IMG/VR virus record: IMGVR_UViG_3300014834_000367
Span: 1-64,000 of that record
Source: a virus
Length of the DNA: 64,000 nt
Reading direction: 5' to 3' (one strand)
The notes under the pieces are model-generated. The model was not told the DNA's origin. It worked only from the letters and a program-made list of their open reading frames with translations, and did not search any database. The position numbers were made by a program, and so were the translations under genes. Positions 9,530 to 19,592 of this stretch are shown piece after piece; the first letter of the stretch is position 1; the number at the start of each line of letters is the position of its first letter.

Positions 9530-11074
9530 ATGCTGACTTGTATGATTTGTGGATATACACATGAATTTATGATTTCGCCAACACATATTAAAAAACATGG
9601 TTTAACCACAAAAGAATATAAAGAAAAGTTTCCAACGGCAACACTCAGAATTTTCTCTGAGCAGACAAAATCGAAAATGTCAAAAGCGAAAATTGGCAAA
9701 CCCACTTGGAATAAGGGCGTACCAGTTACTGAAGAGCAAAAGAAAAAACTGTCAGAAACGGCCAAACAGAGTTATGCGTCCGGTGAAAGAAAACATTGGA
9801 ATCTTGGAAAAACACATTCAGCTGAAACTAAACAAAAGATATCTGAAGCAAATAAAAATAGCTCATTGACGCCTGAACAATATGAAAGATTGAAAGCTGC
9901 CCAACTTAAATATCGTGAAAGCGAACGTTACGTTCCGCCAATGCTTGGCAAAAAACTAAGTGAAGAAGCCAAACTGGCAATTAAACAAAAACTTATTGGT
10001 GAGAACAATCATCAATTTAGAAAGACCGCCGCAAGAATTGAGCAAATAGCAGAAAAAGAAAATTGTTCAGTATTACGTCATGAAGATCAATACGTAGTGC
10101 TTGAATGTTTAACCTGCAATTCAATTTTTAAATTCACGAAGCAGATGTTTAACGAGTCATCTGATAGAAAAGAAAAATATTGCCCAACATGTTTTCCACG
10201 CGAGAGCGGCACTTCGTTGGCAGAAAAAGAGGTAGCGAACTTCATAAAGCAGATTTATTCTGGACAGATAGTTGAAAATGATAGGCAACAACTTGGTGGT
10301 AAAGAAATCGACATTTACATACCTGATTTAAATTTAGGTTTTGAATTCACTGGCTTATATTGGCACAGTGAAAAACAAAATCCAAATAGACAGCACCTAT
10401 TATGGAAAACGCAATTTGCGGCTAAACAAGGAATTACACTAATTACTATATTTGAAGATGAATGGCAGTCAAAGCAGGAAATTGTGAAATCGCGTGTGTC
10501 AGGATTACTCGGCGTTCACACCGTCAAATATCATGCCAGAGATTTAGAAATAAAATTAATTACTCCTAAATCTTGTAATTCATTCTTAGAAGAAAATCAT
10601 ATTCAGGGGCCAGATTCATCAACAATACGACTTGGCCTATTTGCGTCGGAAAAGCTCGTATCTGTTGCTACTTTTAAGAAAACTAATATGGTAAAAGGCG
10701 GCGATGGTAAAAAATGGGAGCTAAGCCGATTTTGTTCGATGTTAAACACTCGTGTGGTTGGTGGTGCTGGCAAGCTATTAAGTCATTTTCAGAAAAATTA
10801 TAATACAGAAAATTTGCCTCTTATTTCTTATGCCGACCGGCGCTGGTCTTCTGGCAAGCTTTATGAAAAGCTTGGATTTAAGTTTGAAGGTTCAACCTCA
10901 CCTAGTTATTGGTACACTGCTGATTATAAACACCGTAAGCACCGTTCAGCATTAATGAAACACCGACTGGTCAAAAGCCCCGAAGATAATAAACTCACTG
11001 AATGGCAGTTGGCCCAAGCTCAAGGATTTGACAGAATTTGGGACTGCGGTACTACCAAATGGATTTTATCTTAA
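9530..11074 (+). CDS. Free-standing homing endonuclease (Zn finger, NUMOD3 repeats, Hef-like nuclease)
   Basis: CMICG...HIKKHGLT, WNKG/WNLGKTHSAETKQKIS repeats, EIDIYIP...GFEFTGLYWHS, IFEDEW, SYADRRWS, RIWDCG; lies between gp18 and gp19 with its own TAAATA. Confidence 0.8.
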   Translation: MLTCMICGYTHEFMISPTHIKKHGLTTKEYKEKFPTATLRIFSEQTKSKMSKAKIGKPTWNKGVPVTEEQKKKLSETAKQSYASGERKHWNLGKTHSAETKQKISEANKNSSLTPEQYERLKAAQLKYRESERYVPPMLGKKLSEEAKLAIKQKLIGENNHQFRKTAARIEQIAEKENCSVLRHEDQYVVLECLTCNSIFKFTKQMFNESSDRKEKYCPTCFPRESGTSLAEKEVANFIKQIYSGQIVENDRQQLGGKEIDIYIPDLNLGFEFTGLYWHSEKQNPNRQHLLWKTQFAAKQGITLITIFEDEWQSKQEIVKSRVSGLLGVHTVKYHARDLEIKLITPKSCNSFLEENHIQGPDSSTIRLGLFASEKLVSVATFKKTNMVKGGDGKKWELSRFCSMLNTRVVGGAGKLLSHFQKNYNTENLPLISYADRRWSSGKLYEKLGFKFEGSTSPSYWYTADYKHRKHRSALMKHRLVKSPEDNKLTEWQLAQAQGFDRIWDCGTTKWILS

Positions 11075-11174
11075 TATCTCTCGCAAAACTTTTAGTAATA
11101 TTTTTAGTTTTTTGATAAATAAGGTATCAGAATTCAGGTAACTGAAACCTATTCGTTTAAATGGAGATATTAAT

Positions 11175-11765
11175 ATGGCAGTCCTCACACAAGTTGGTAT
11201 TCCGGGTTCAGGAAATGGTATCCTGGCACCAAAACTCAAACACCGCTTCCAGGTGAAGTTTGTTGGTATTGCTCGTCTTGCCGGAAACAATGGCAGAGAT
11301 TTACAAGCTCAAGTTGTCAACGCTTCACGTCCTCAGCTTGAATTTGAGACTGTACAATTAGATCGTTATAACTCACGTGCTTATGTTGCTGGCAAGCACA
11401 CTTGGTCTCCACTATCATTGACGATTGAAGATGATATCACCGGCGCCGCCGCTTTCGTGGTTCAAGGTCAGCTTGAAACACAGCAGCGTTTAATTGGTGC
11501 TGATCTTGCAAACGGCAACTGGTTAAATTCAGAACCAACTGCTTCTGGTTATAAATTTGCAACATTACTCGAAATGCTTGACGGTAACGAGGGTGTTGTT
11601 GAGCGTTGGACAATTGAAGGCTGTTTCATTCAAGCCGTGGATTGGAATGATCTCGACTATTCAGCTTCTGAAGCAGCTCAGATTTCATTGACAATTCAGT
11701 TCGATCATGCACGTCAAGAACTTCTTGGCCAAGGTTTAGGCTCAGCGATTGGCGGTACTATCTAA
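11175..11765 (+). CDS. gp19: Tail tube protein
   Basis: PKLKHRFQVKF, AGKHTWSPLSLTIEDD, WTIEGCF...DLDYS...ISLTIQFD. Confidence 0.9.
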   Translation: MAVLTQVGIPGSGNGILAPKLKHRFQVKFVGIARLAGNNGRDLQAQVVNASRPQLEFETVQLDRYNSRAYVAGKHTWSPLSLTIEDDITGAAAFVVQGQLETQQRLIGADLANGNWLNSEPTASGYKFATLLEMLDGNEGVVERWTIEGCFIQAVDWNDLDYSASEAAQISLTIQFDHARQELLGQGLGSAIGGTI

Positions 11766-11784
11766 GCTTAATTGATTTAAAACC

Positions 11785-11817
11785 AATAATAGGACTCGCA
11801 TGAGTCCTATTATTTTA
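11785..11817 (+). terminator. Intrinsic terminator
   Basis: AATAATAGGACTC-GCAT-GAGTCCTATTATT-TT. Confidence 0.8.
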
Positions 11818-11891
11818 TGTACTGAGAAATGTGATTTTGGAAAATAGTTAATTTGTGTAAATATAGATCAGTGAACTCTTAAAAGAATCCT

Positions 11892-13136
11892 ATGGCCGAC
11901 ATTTCAAAATTACTTTCAGCTAATAACATTGCCTTAGAAAAGCAAGCTTCTGATATTTTTTCTGCACAGGTAGATGAATTTGGCAGAATGCAGATTGGAA
12001 AAAAATTAGGTAATATAGGCAAACCTGAAGCTGGACCAAATAGTGTAACGCCAGGGGCTTTAGCTACAAATTTAAGAAATAATGGTTTTCAATCATCTCT
12101 TTATGCTTCAGAGATGGTTAAATACGCGCCAAAGCATCGCTTTCTTTTTAAAGTTGAATTCACATTTGCTCCAGCTTATCAAAAAGTTGGTCAAGATGCT
12201 CGAAAAGTTTTTGAATATGCCGTCAAGCAGATTGATCGCCCAACAATAACATTTGACTATGAAGAAGTCAATTTTTACAATTATAGAACTCAGGTATTAA
12301 AAAGAATAAATTATCAACCGCTGAACATGGAATTTTATGATGATCAGCAGAATGAGGTATTATCCTTTTTTGAAGAATATCGCCGAGCTCATTCCCCGAT
12401 GGCCAGAATGAAAACCCTGAATAGCCCTGCGGCTTTCTCACCACAGAATTTTCAAGAACAGGGTATGAATTTTACGAGCCCAAATGATCGTTATACTGGG
12501 AATTATTACGCGGCTTCTTCCGGCCATCTAGCGTATCGTGATGGCGGGGCGCAAGAAATGGTGTATTTGGAAAAACTAAAGATTTATCAAATTTTCCAAA
12601 ATGGTATGAAAACTAACGTCTTCACTTTTTTAAATCCAAAAATTCAACTATTCGATTTGGATGATGTTGACGCCGAAGGCGGCGCCGGCAACGTGATGAG
12701 GGTATCATTCATATATGATGCCTTATCAATTGATATGGTTTCAACCGAGCAGGCTGGTATAAAAAATTGGTCAGCTCTTGACTTAAATGGCGGCGGCGAA
12801 ATTTATGGGCCACCAGCTCCATCGCCAACGGCAGGTCCCGATAAACCGCCGGGTCCATTAACGAATTTGGCTCTCGGCATTGGCAAAAAGATTGCTAACA
12901 CTGTTGCTAATACCGCCATTTCAAACGCCGTCAATAAAGTTAAACTGCCAAGCCAATTACCTGGCGTTGAAGCCACGACAAAAAGAATTGGGCAAAATAT
13001 TTTAGGTACTGCGGTCTCCGGTAAAATCAATCAGACATTCTCTAAAACGAATCCTGGTGTTGCGGTAGATAGCGCCGGAACTAATCCCACTAAAGTTCAG
13101 ACTTCTGGTCCTGGGCCAAACATTCAATCCTATTAA
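11892..13136 (+). CDS. Tail-tube-like protein (tube initiator/baseplate junction, gp19/gp54-like)
   Basis: PKHRFLFKVEF, VKQIDRP...NFYNYR...INYQPLNMEFYDD tube-fold motifs; Pro/Gly-rich tail. Confidence 0.65.
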   Translation: MADISKLLSANNIALEKQASDIFSAQVDEFGRMQIGKKLGNIGKPEAGPNSVTPGALATNLRNNGFQSSLYASEMVKYAPKHRFLFKVEFTFAPAYQKVGQDARKVFEYAVKQIDRPTITFDYEEVNFYNYRTQVLKRINYQPLNMEFYDDQQNEVLSFFEEYRRAHSPMARMKTLNSPAAFSPQNFQEQGMNFTSPNDRYTGNYYAASSGHLAYRDGGAQEMVYLEKLKIYQIFQNGMKTNVFTFLNPKIQLFDLDDVDAEGGAGNVMRVSFIYDALSIDMVSTEQAGIKNWSALDLNGGGEIYGPPAPSPTAGPDKPPGPLTNLALGIGKKIANTVANTAISNAVNKVKLPSQLPGVEATTKRIGQNILGTAVSGKINQTFSKTNPGVAVDSAGTNPTKVQTSGPGPNIQSY

Positions 13137-13149
13137 ACATTTTTAAAAT

Positions 13150-13179
13150 CCGTAAAAATATTTTACTTTTTACGGTTTT
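13150..13179 (+). terminator. Probable terminator hairpin
   Basis: CCGTAAAAA...TTTTTACGG-TTTT. Confidence 0.5.
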
Positions 13180-13254
13180 AACCTTTGCGCGTGTAAATAA
13201 TAGATTATGTTAATCGCTATTAAAGCCTCATTAATATTGGGAACTCCATAAGAT

Positions 13255-13713
13255 ATGGGAACAATGAAGGGTAGATTTATTCCTAGAAATCCTCAGAAAT
13301 ATATTGGCAATCCAAACAATATATTTTTCAGGTCGAGCTGGGAATTAAAATGCTTAAAATTTTTTGATACTAACCCATCAATTCTAAGATACGCGTCTGA
13401 AGAAATTGCGATCCCATATTTGAAGCCAACTGATGGCAAGATACACAAGTATTATCCAGATTTTTTAATCATTTATAAGGATAAACAGGGAAATATAAAG
13501 AAGGAATTACTCGAAGTTAAGCCAATGAAAGAAGTAAGATTGACTGAAAAATCTAATACTTATGATAAACTTTCAATCGCGATTAATGAAGCTAAATGGC
13601 GCTCGGCCATGGCGTTTGCCGCTCAGCATGATATGACATTCCGAATTCTGACGGAAAAATCAATATTTCTAAATACGGCACCTTCTTCACCTAACCTAAA
13701 GAAAAAAGTTTAA
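13255..13713 (+). CDS. gp4: Head completion nuclease (T4 gp4 / TnsA-like)
   Basis: GRFIPRNPQKYIG, FRSSWE, SEEIAIPY, YYPDF, EVKP, NEAKW, FRILTE. Confidence 0.9.
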   Translation: MGTMKGRFIPRNPQKYIGNPNNIFFRSSWELKCLKFFDTNPSILRYASEEIAIPYLKPTDGKIHKYYPDFLIIYKDKQGNIKKELLEVKPMKEVRLTEKSNTYDKLSIAINEAKWRSAMAFAAQHDMTFRILTEKSIFLNTAPSSPNLKKKV

Positions 13714-13719
13714 GCCAAA

Positions 13720-14112
13720 ATGAAAATAACATTCAAGCAATTCATCTCAGAATCTTATACGCCTGGACAAAAATATTCATTGGCGGTTATTCCTGAAATC
13801 AAATATGTGCCAGTGAACATTATTGAACGCCCATTGGCTCAGGATGGTAGGGAAGTTTTGGATGTTAGCGATGAGGTTGCTAGAAATATGGATTTTTCTG
13901 AACCTATTGAAGTTACTGTTTTTAGGTATGGAAATTCAGAAGATGATACCGCGCCGAACGTATCTCTTGACGATGGTCATCATCGGGTGGCTGCCGCATT
14001 ACGTACAGGAAGAAAGTGGCTACCAGCCATTGCTAAAGCCCGCAATGCCAAAGGTGAAAAAATCAATGCGTTGATTGAACTCTCAAAAGAAATTGAAAAA
14101 CACGTTAAATGA
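13720..14112 (+). CDS. Capsid-targeted ParB/Srx-like domain protein
   Basis: MKITFKQFISE leader; PIEV...LDDGHHRVAAA. Confidence 0.7.
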   Translation: MKITFKQFISESYTPGQKYSLAVIPEIKYVPVNIIERPLAQDGREVLDVSDEVARNMDFSEPIEVTVFRYGNSEDDTAPNVSLDDGHHRVAAALRTGRKWLPAIAKARNAKGEKINALIELSKEIEKHVK

Positions 14113-14117
14113 TTAAA

Positions 14118-14855
14118 ATGAAAACTACATTCAAACAATTTTTAGTAGACTCGATTCAAGACAAAGGAATTTTCAAAGCCATTTTTATTATTGGAATTCC
14201 TGGAGCGGGCAAAAGTTACACCGCAGAAAAGATCAAAGGCGGCGTTGAACCTAGAATTGTCAACACCGATAAAGCTTCTGAATTTCTGGCAGCCAAAAAA
14301 GAAATGCCACTAACCAGTGAAACCTGGAAATTATTTTTTAGTGATGACGCCAGAAGAATTACTAAGGGCGCTTTACAGAACTATCTAAATGGCATGCTGC
14401 CGTTGTTTATTGACGGCACCTCGAACGATGCCTCAAATATTCTTCACCGTGCTGGCATCCTTGAATCTCTTGGCTATGACGTCGGTATGGTTTTTATTGA
14501 TACTCCACTTGAAACCGCAATGAAACGTGCTGAACTGAGAGCTCAAAAAATAGGCCGAAGCGTTGATCCAGAGTTTATTGAACATGTGCATCAGTCAGCT
14601 GAGGAAAATAGAAAATATTTTCAAAGTAAATTTGGATTTTTCATCACGGTCAAAAATGACGATAACGAGCTCACCGATGAGGCGTTAAATAATGCATTTA
14701 AAAAGACAATGTCATTTTTCTCAAGTAAAGTTGAAAACCCAGTTGGCCAAAGATATATTAAATCTCTTAAGGATAACAACCAGTCATACCTTGTGCCAAC
14801 GGTTATCAGCAAAGAAGAGTTGGCCAAAAAAATAGAAGGATGGTACAAATCATGA
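14118..14855 (+). CDS. Capsid-targeted P-loop kinase (zeta-toxin/AAA_33-like)
   Basis: MKTTFKQFLVD leader; GIPGAGKS, VNTD, FIDGT, LGYDVGMVFIDTPLETAMKR. Confidence 0.75.
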   Translation: MKTTFKQFLVDSIQDKGIFKAIFIIGIPGAGKSYTAEKIKGGVEPRIVNTDKASEFLAAKKEMPLTSETWKLFFSDDARRITKGALQNYLNGMLPLFIDGTSNDASNILHRAGILESLGYDVGMVFIDTPLETAMKRAELRAQKIGRSVDPEFIEHVHQSAEENRKYFQSKFGFFITVKNDDNELTDEALNNAFKKTMSFFSSKVENPVGQRYIKSLKDNNQSYLVPTVISKEELAKKIEGWYKS

Positions 14856-15487
14856 TTTCTTTTAAAGAATTTCTTTTAGAATCAGAAGATCCCAAACATA
14901 TTGCAGAAACTATAAAGCGTGACTGTTCTAATTTTTTATTAGAACTGCAAGGTGTTATACCAGTATATCGTGGTCAGAATGTTCCAACTGTCTTTAAAAA
15001 ATATACCGTTAATAAAAATAGGCAGCCAAAAAATCTCAATCAAGAAATTCACGCAGCGCTCGACGAAGCCTTTGAAAAAATGACTGGCATTAGGTATCGC
15101 TCTGAATCTGTTTTTGCTTCTGGCTGTAAGAAGACCGCAAAAGAATATGGCAGACCATGTTTATTTTTCCCAAAGGGGAAGTATGAATATATCTGGTCGC
15201 CAATAATCAATGATCCATTCGAGTGGTTCAATTTAGCTAAATCATCTTATGCCGTTAAAGATGGTTATATCGAATACAGTCCTCTGCATGAGTCACAATA
15301 TCTTGAAGACATAAAAAACTTTATTATCTCCGGTGAAGCAAACTATGAGCATAATACAAATTTAAGAGAAGCAATTCTAAGTTTGAATGAAATTATGTTT
15401 TATTGTAATAATTATTATTTGCTGCCGATCGATGATAATATGAAACATGTGGCTGAGGAAGTCATCATGCTTTTAAATCAAAAATAA
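14852..15487 (+). CDS. Capsid-targeted paralogue 1, ADP-ribosyltransferase-like
   Basis: MISFKEFLLE leader; IKRDC, VYRG, YRSESVFAS, YG, WSP, NEIMF motifs shared with paralogues. Confidence 0.55.
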   Translation: MISFKEFLLESEDPKHIAETIKRDCSNFLLELQGVIPVYRGQNVPTVFKKYTVNKNRQPKNLNQEIHAALDEAFEKMTGIRYRSESVFASGCKKTAKEYGRPCLFFPKGKYEYIWSPIINDPFEWFNLAKSSYAVKDGYIEYSPLHESQYLEDIKNFIISGEANYEHNTNLREAILSLNEIMFYCNNYYLLPIDDNMKHVAEEVIMLLNQK

Positions 15488-15490
15488 ATT

Positions 15491-16156
15491 ATGATTACTT
15501 TCAAGCAATATCTTCAGGAACAAACTGACGAGTACTTAGACGATCCGAGCCTAATTGCGTCAATAATTAAGCGCGACTGCTCGCCATTCTTGAAGGAAAT
15601 AGGAGATAGACTGCCATTATATCGCGGAATTCTTTCTAGGCATTCAACATTGACAAGGATTAAAGTAAGAAAAGATAGAATCCCAAAAGATACTTCGAAG
15701 GAAGTTCATCATATTTTAAATTTAGCTTTTACACAATTGAGCGGAATTAATTATCGTTCTGAAGCAGTTTTTGTCACGCATGACAAAAAGGTAGCACTAG
15801 ATTATGGCGCCATACATATGATTTTTCCAATTGGGAATTTTGATTATGCCTGGTCACCAAAAATTAATGATGCATTTGAGTGGTTCGCGCAGGCCGATTT
15901 ATCTGATGTTGTGCTAAAAAAGCATATAAAATATGATCCAGAAAATCTAAACCAATATTATGATGATGTATTTGAATTTATTGTTTCTGGAAAAGCTAAA
16001 TATAAATTTAATACTGGTTTACAAGATGCCGCTGAGCTAGGCCAGGAAATTATGATTCGTTGTGATGAATATTATGCCCTTCCAGCTTGGGGTTCATATG
16101 ACGATTTGGCATCAGATGTTTTGGAAATTTTAAAAGTTAAAATGAAAGAAGAATAA
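15491..16156 (+). CDS. Capsid-targeted paralogue 2, ADP-ribosyltransferase-like
   Basis: MITFKQYLQE leader; LYRG, YRSEAVFVT, QEIMI. Confidence 0.55.
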   Translation: MITFKQYLQEQTDEYLDDPSLIASIIKRDCSPFLKEIGDRLPLYRGILSRHSTLTRIKVRKDRIPKDTSKEVHHILNLAFTQLSGINYRSEAVFVTHDKKVALDYGAIHMIFPIGNFDYAWSPKINDAFEWFAQADLSDVVLKKHIKYDPENLNQYYDDVFEFIVSGKAKYKFNTGLQDAAELGQEIMIRCDEYYALPAWGSYDDLASDVLEILKVKMKEE

Positions 16157-16157
16157 T

Positions 16158-16808
16158 ATGTTAACATTTAAGCAATATCTTCTAGAACAGAATAATTCAA
16201 TTGAAAATACTTCAACCGCTGAAGAGGTTGCTGAAATTATAAAACGTGATTGCGCGCCATTCTTGAAGGAAATAGGCGATAAATTGCCATTATATCGTGG
16301 CAGTAAAAAACTTCTTTTGTGGACTACAAAAATGTCCGTAAGAAAAGATAGAAAACCAATGGACGCCTCATTAGAGTTGCACAACACATTAAATACTGCT
16401 TTACAGGAATTGAGTGGAATTAATTATCGAACTGAAGCAGTGTTTGCAACTGGGTCTCGCAGATCAGCGTATGATTATGGAAATTCTTACTTATTTTTTC
16501 CGATAGGAAAATTTAATTATGCTTGGTCACCATTAATCACTGACGCATATACATTTTTTGGACAAGGCAGCGACTCAGAAGCGGTAGAATCTGGAGAACT
16601 AGTTTACTATCCAGAAAATCGTTCAAAATATCTCGACGATGTTTTTGATTATGTTATGTCAGGAAAAGCAATGTATAAATTTGATACTGGCTTACGTGAT
16701 GCTGCCACCAGCAAAAATGAAATAATGTTTGCATGTGATGAGTATTATTTGGTTCCTGATCATCCTGAAGCAATTCCGTCTGATGATATTCTAAAATTAC
16801 TGATTTGA
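16158..16808 (+). CDS. Capsid-targeted paralogue 3, ADP-ribosyltransferase-like
   Basis: MLTFKQYLLE leader; LYRG, YRTEAVFAT, NEIMF. Confidence 0.55.
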   Translation: MLTFKQYLLEQNNSIENTSTAEEVAEIIKRDCAPFLKEIGDKLPLYRGSKKLLLWTTKMSVRKDRKPMDASLELHNTLNTALQELSGINYRTEAVFATGSRRSAYDYGNSYLFFPIGKFNYAWSPLITDAYTFFGQGSDSEAVESGELVYYPENRSKYLDDVFDYVMSGKAMYKFDTGLRDAATSKNEIMFACDEYYLVPDHPEAIPSDDILKLLI

Positions 16809-16830
16809 AAACGTGAATAGAAAATAAATT

Positions 16831-17769
16831 ATGAAATTATCACAATTATTTGAAAGTAATAATGGTTATTTAACGCTCGTTGAGCTGCTAAAAAGAAACT
16901 GTAAAAAGAATTTTGCAAGTTTATGTTCAGGGCGGGTGCAACCGCTATATCGCGGAATGGCGGTGGCCGCATCAGAATATACATCGACCGACAAAGGTTA
17001 CCGTTTTTTGATAACGGCCGAAAGAAAAACACGAAGAAGTTCTACGTTCACAGACGGAAATAATATATTATTATCATTTGCGTCTAACCACTCGTCATGG
17101 CACAATGTGCCCCCAAGAGAATATTCGAGTTTTATGACACCATCTTTTAACGGTGCCAAGCTTCATGGTTATCCATGGCTAATAATTCCCTATGATTCAG
17201 TCGATTCATACGCCGTAATGTCAAATGATTTTAATTATTCTGTGCCAGATATCTCTCCTTTTACGCGTCTTCAGAATGCAATAGGAAAAGCGCAGGACGC
17301 GCTGGATCATATCATTGATGAATTTGATGAAGAATTAAAAAACTTAATTTCGCGTGAAGAATTAAGTTTCCCGCGCGGCGGCATATACTCGCTTGATGAT
17401 ATTAAAAAATTATCTAATTCAGTTAAGCAGTTAATACATTATGCGAATGAGCATGAAGATTTATTCTCATTTAACAATGATGAGTTATACCATCTGCAAC
17501 ACGCGTTAAACGATGTAAAAAACGCCCTGCGCGATATAGAAACTGAATTCGGTGATGATCTCTGGGATTGGTTAGAAAATAATTTAACGCCTGAGCAGCT
17601 CGGCGTTGAAATTTTTAATTTTGACCAGCTTAAAAGATTGCCAGAATCAGGCGAAGTTTGGTTTGTTGGACCATACATTGCTATAACAACAAATGATCCA
17701 AAAGATCGAGAAGATATGATTGATTCTGAATGGCTGGCGCAACTTTGCCAAGACGTGCTTAAATCGTAA
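16831..17769 (+). CDS. Capsid-targeted distant paralogue with helical insertion, ART-like
   Basis: MKLSQLFE leader; LKRNC, PLYRG, REYSSFMT, HG, GEVWF. Confidence 0.5.
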   Translation: MKLSQLFESNNGYLTLVELLKRNCKKNFASLCSGRVQPLYRGMAVAASEYTSTDKGYRFLITAERKTRRSSTFTDGNNILLSFASNHSSWHNVPPREYSSFMTPSFNGAKLHGYPWLIIPYDSVDSYAVMSNDFNYSVPDISPFTRLQNAIGKAQDALDHIIDEFDEELKNLISREELSFPRGGIYSLDDIKKLSNSVKQLIHYANEHEDLFSFNNDELYHLQHALNDVKNALRDIETEFGDDLWDWLENNLTPEQLGVEIFNFDQLKRLPESGEVWFVGPYIAITTNDPKDREDMIDSEWLAQLCQDVLKS

Positions 17770-17787
17770 ACGCAAAGGTCATTAATA

Positions 17788-18423
17788 ATGAAAACTTTCA
17801 AGCAGTATCTATTTGAACAAGACAAAAGTGCTGAAGAAATAGCAGAGATAATTAAACGCGACTGTTCACCATTTTTAAAAGAATGGCATCATCAGAATCC
17901 ACTATTTCGTGGTTCTAAAATTAATTCAACCTTTGAGAAATTCACAGTTGATAAAAATAGAAAACCGAAACATACGTATGGCCCAATACACGATGTGTTA
18001 AATGATGCAATGCATAGTATGACTGGAATTTATTATAGGTCTGAAGCCGTGTTCACTACTGGTGATGTTAAGATCGCTGAAGAATATGGAACTCCATGCT
18101 TATTCTTTCCGATAGGGCGATATAATTATCTTTGGTCATATAATGTTATAGATGCTTATAACTGGTTTAATTTGCCGCTATCTAAAGCCTCAAAGAATTA
18201 TGCGGTACGACGCTTTGGATTAACCGATCCGTTTGACGATATGGATTCATACCTAACAGAATTGAAAGATTTTATCTTGTCGCCACGAGCCGGCTATATT
18301 CACAATAGCGATTTAAATGAAGCTATTTCAACCGGACATGAAATAATGTTTGCGTGTGATAGCTATTATCTTTTAGATTATGATAAAAAAGATATTTCTT
18401 ATGCAGTGTTAAATCTTTTATAA
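17788..18423 (+). CDS. Capsid-targeted paralogue 4, ADP-ribosyltransferase-like
   Basis: MKTFKQYLFE leader; LFRG, YRSEAVFTT, HEIMF. Confidence 0.55.
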   Translation: MKTFKQYLFEQDKSAEEIAEIIKRDCSPFLKEWHHQNPLFRGSKINSTFEKFTVDKNRKPKHTYGPIHDVLNDAMHSMTGIYYRSEAVFTTGDVKIAEEYGTPCLFFPIGRYNYLWSYNVIDAYNWFNLPLSKASKNYAVRRFGLTDPFDDMDSYLTELKDFILSPRAGYIHNSDLNEAISTGHEIMFACDSYYLLDYDKKDISYAVLNLL

Positions 18424-18467
18424 ACGTTAATAAATATAAAACTAATTTAACTTTTGGAATTTAAAAA

Positions 18468-19592
18468 ATGAAATTATCACAATTGTTTGAAAGCAGCCAA
18501 TCTCATTTGCACCATGTTGTTTCTATCCATGATGGTCGTGTTTTGGCAAGTTATAAAACGCGCGAAGAAGCCGAGAAAAACGCCCATGGAAATCCGGTAG
18601 TTACTGGAGAAATAGAAACAATCGGTGATGTCAAATTCGTGAAAGAAAGCAGCCAATCCCATTTGCACCATGTTGTTTCTGTTCATGATGGTCGTGTTTT
18701 GGCAAGTTATAAAACTCATGCTGAAGCTGAGAAAAACGCCCATGGTAACCCAGTAGTTTGCGGCGAGATTGAAACAATTGGCGATGTCAAATTTGTGAAA
18801 GAATTATGTCCAGGCTGCCACAGCGCCGACATTAAAACGTATAGCGATCATGAAAAAGAATGTAACCATTGTCATAAAACATGGGACGTCAAGAGTGTTT
18901 TAGAAAATTATAAAGAAATGGAAGATTTGCCAGTTGTCATGCATAAAAGCCCATATGAAGGTGCTAACGTTGGTGAATATACTGAGATGTTTATGGGCGT
19001 ACGTGATGCTCAAAAATTCGCAAAATATATTATTTCTAAGGGCGGTAAAGCTCGTATTGGTAAACGCGGTCCAGATGCTTATGTTTATCATAGCGGCGCC
19101 GGTCCTATTTCAAAACGCGATGCGCGTATGGCAGGTGTTTGGGATCCTGTAAAAGAAGGAACAGGAGATCCCGAAGAAGGCTGGTGTTTAGTTATGGCCA
19201 ATGGTAAAGTTACTGGCAACATTCACTCTGACATAGCAGATGCTCGCGCTCAACAGAAACGGGCTCCTGTGGCAACTACACTAAAATGGGGCAAACGTGC
19301 TTCGGATGGCTCAGAGGAATTTGTTCAGACCAGAGCCGTTCAACCGACTGCAGAAAATTATAAAGATGAAGATGTTTCATGTGCTGATGAACTCGAAAAA
19401 TCAGATAAAATGGAAGATGCTCCTGAGTTGCTAAAAGCAGAGATGCCGCTAGTTCGCCATATTGAGCAGGAATTAGCTGCTCATGGGTATGAAAAAGGAA
19501 CAGAAGAATATAAAAAAGCATTTGATTACTCAATAGCTTTTTACCGTAAATTTGGAAATGTAGATCTGATTAAAAAGCAAAGTGAGGCATAA
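18468..19592 (+). CDS. Capsid-targeted modular polyprotein-like protein
   Basis: MKLSQLFE leader; 52-aa tandem duplication, CPGC...CNHC zinc ribbon, modules separated by xxE sites. Confidence 0.6.
   Translation: MKLSQLFESSQSHLHHVVSIHDGRVLASYKTREEAEKNAHGNPVVTGEIETIGDVKFVKESSQSHLHHVVSVHDGRVLASYKTHAEAEKNAHGNPVVCGEIETIGDVKFVKELCPGCHSADIKTYSDHEKECNHCHKTWDVKSVLENYKEMEDLPVVMHKSPYEGANVGEYTEMFMGVRDAQKFAKYIISKGGKARIGKRGPDAYVYHSGAGPISKRDARMAGVWDPVKEGTGDPEEGWCLVMANGKVTGNIHSDIADARAQQKRAPVATTLKWGKRASDGSEEFVQTRAVQPTAENYKDEDVSCADELEKSDKMEDAPELLKAEMPLVRHIEQELAAHGYEKGTEEYKKAFDYSIAFYRKFGNVDLIKKQSEA
18489..18803 (+). repeat. 156-bp in-frame tandem duplication (2 copies)
   Basis: GAAAGCAGCCAATC at 18489 and 18645; ESSQSHLHHVVS...GDVKFVK twice. 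Confidence 0.95.

Noticed and set aside
14852-18423. Diversity-generating retroelement acting on the paralogues
   Set aside because: No reverse transcriptase and no adenine-specific template/variable repeat pair seen.
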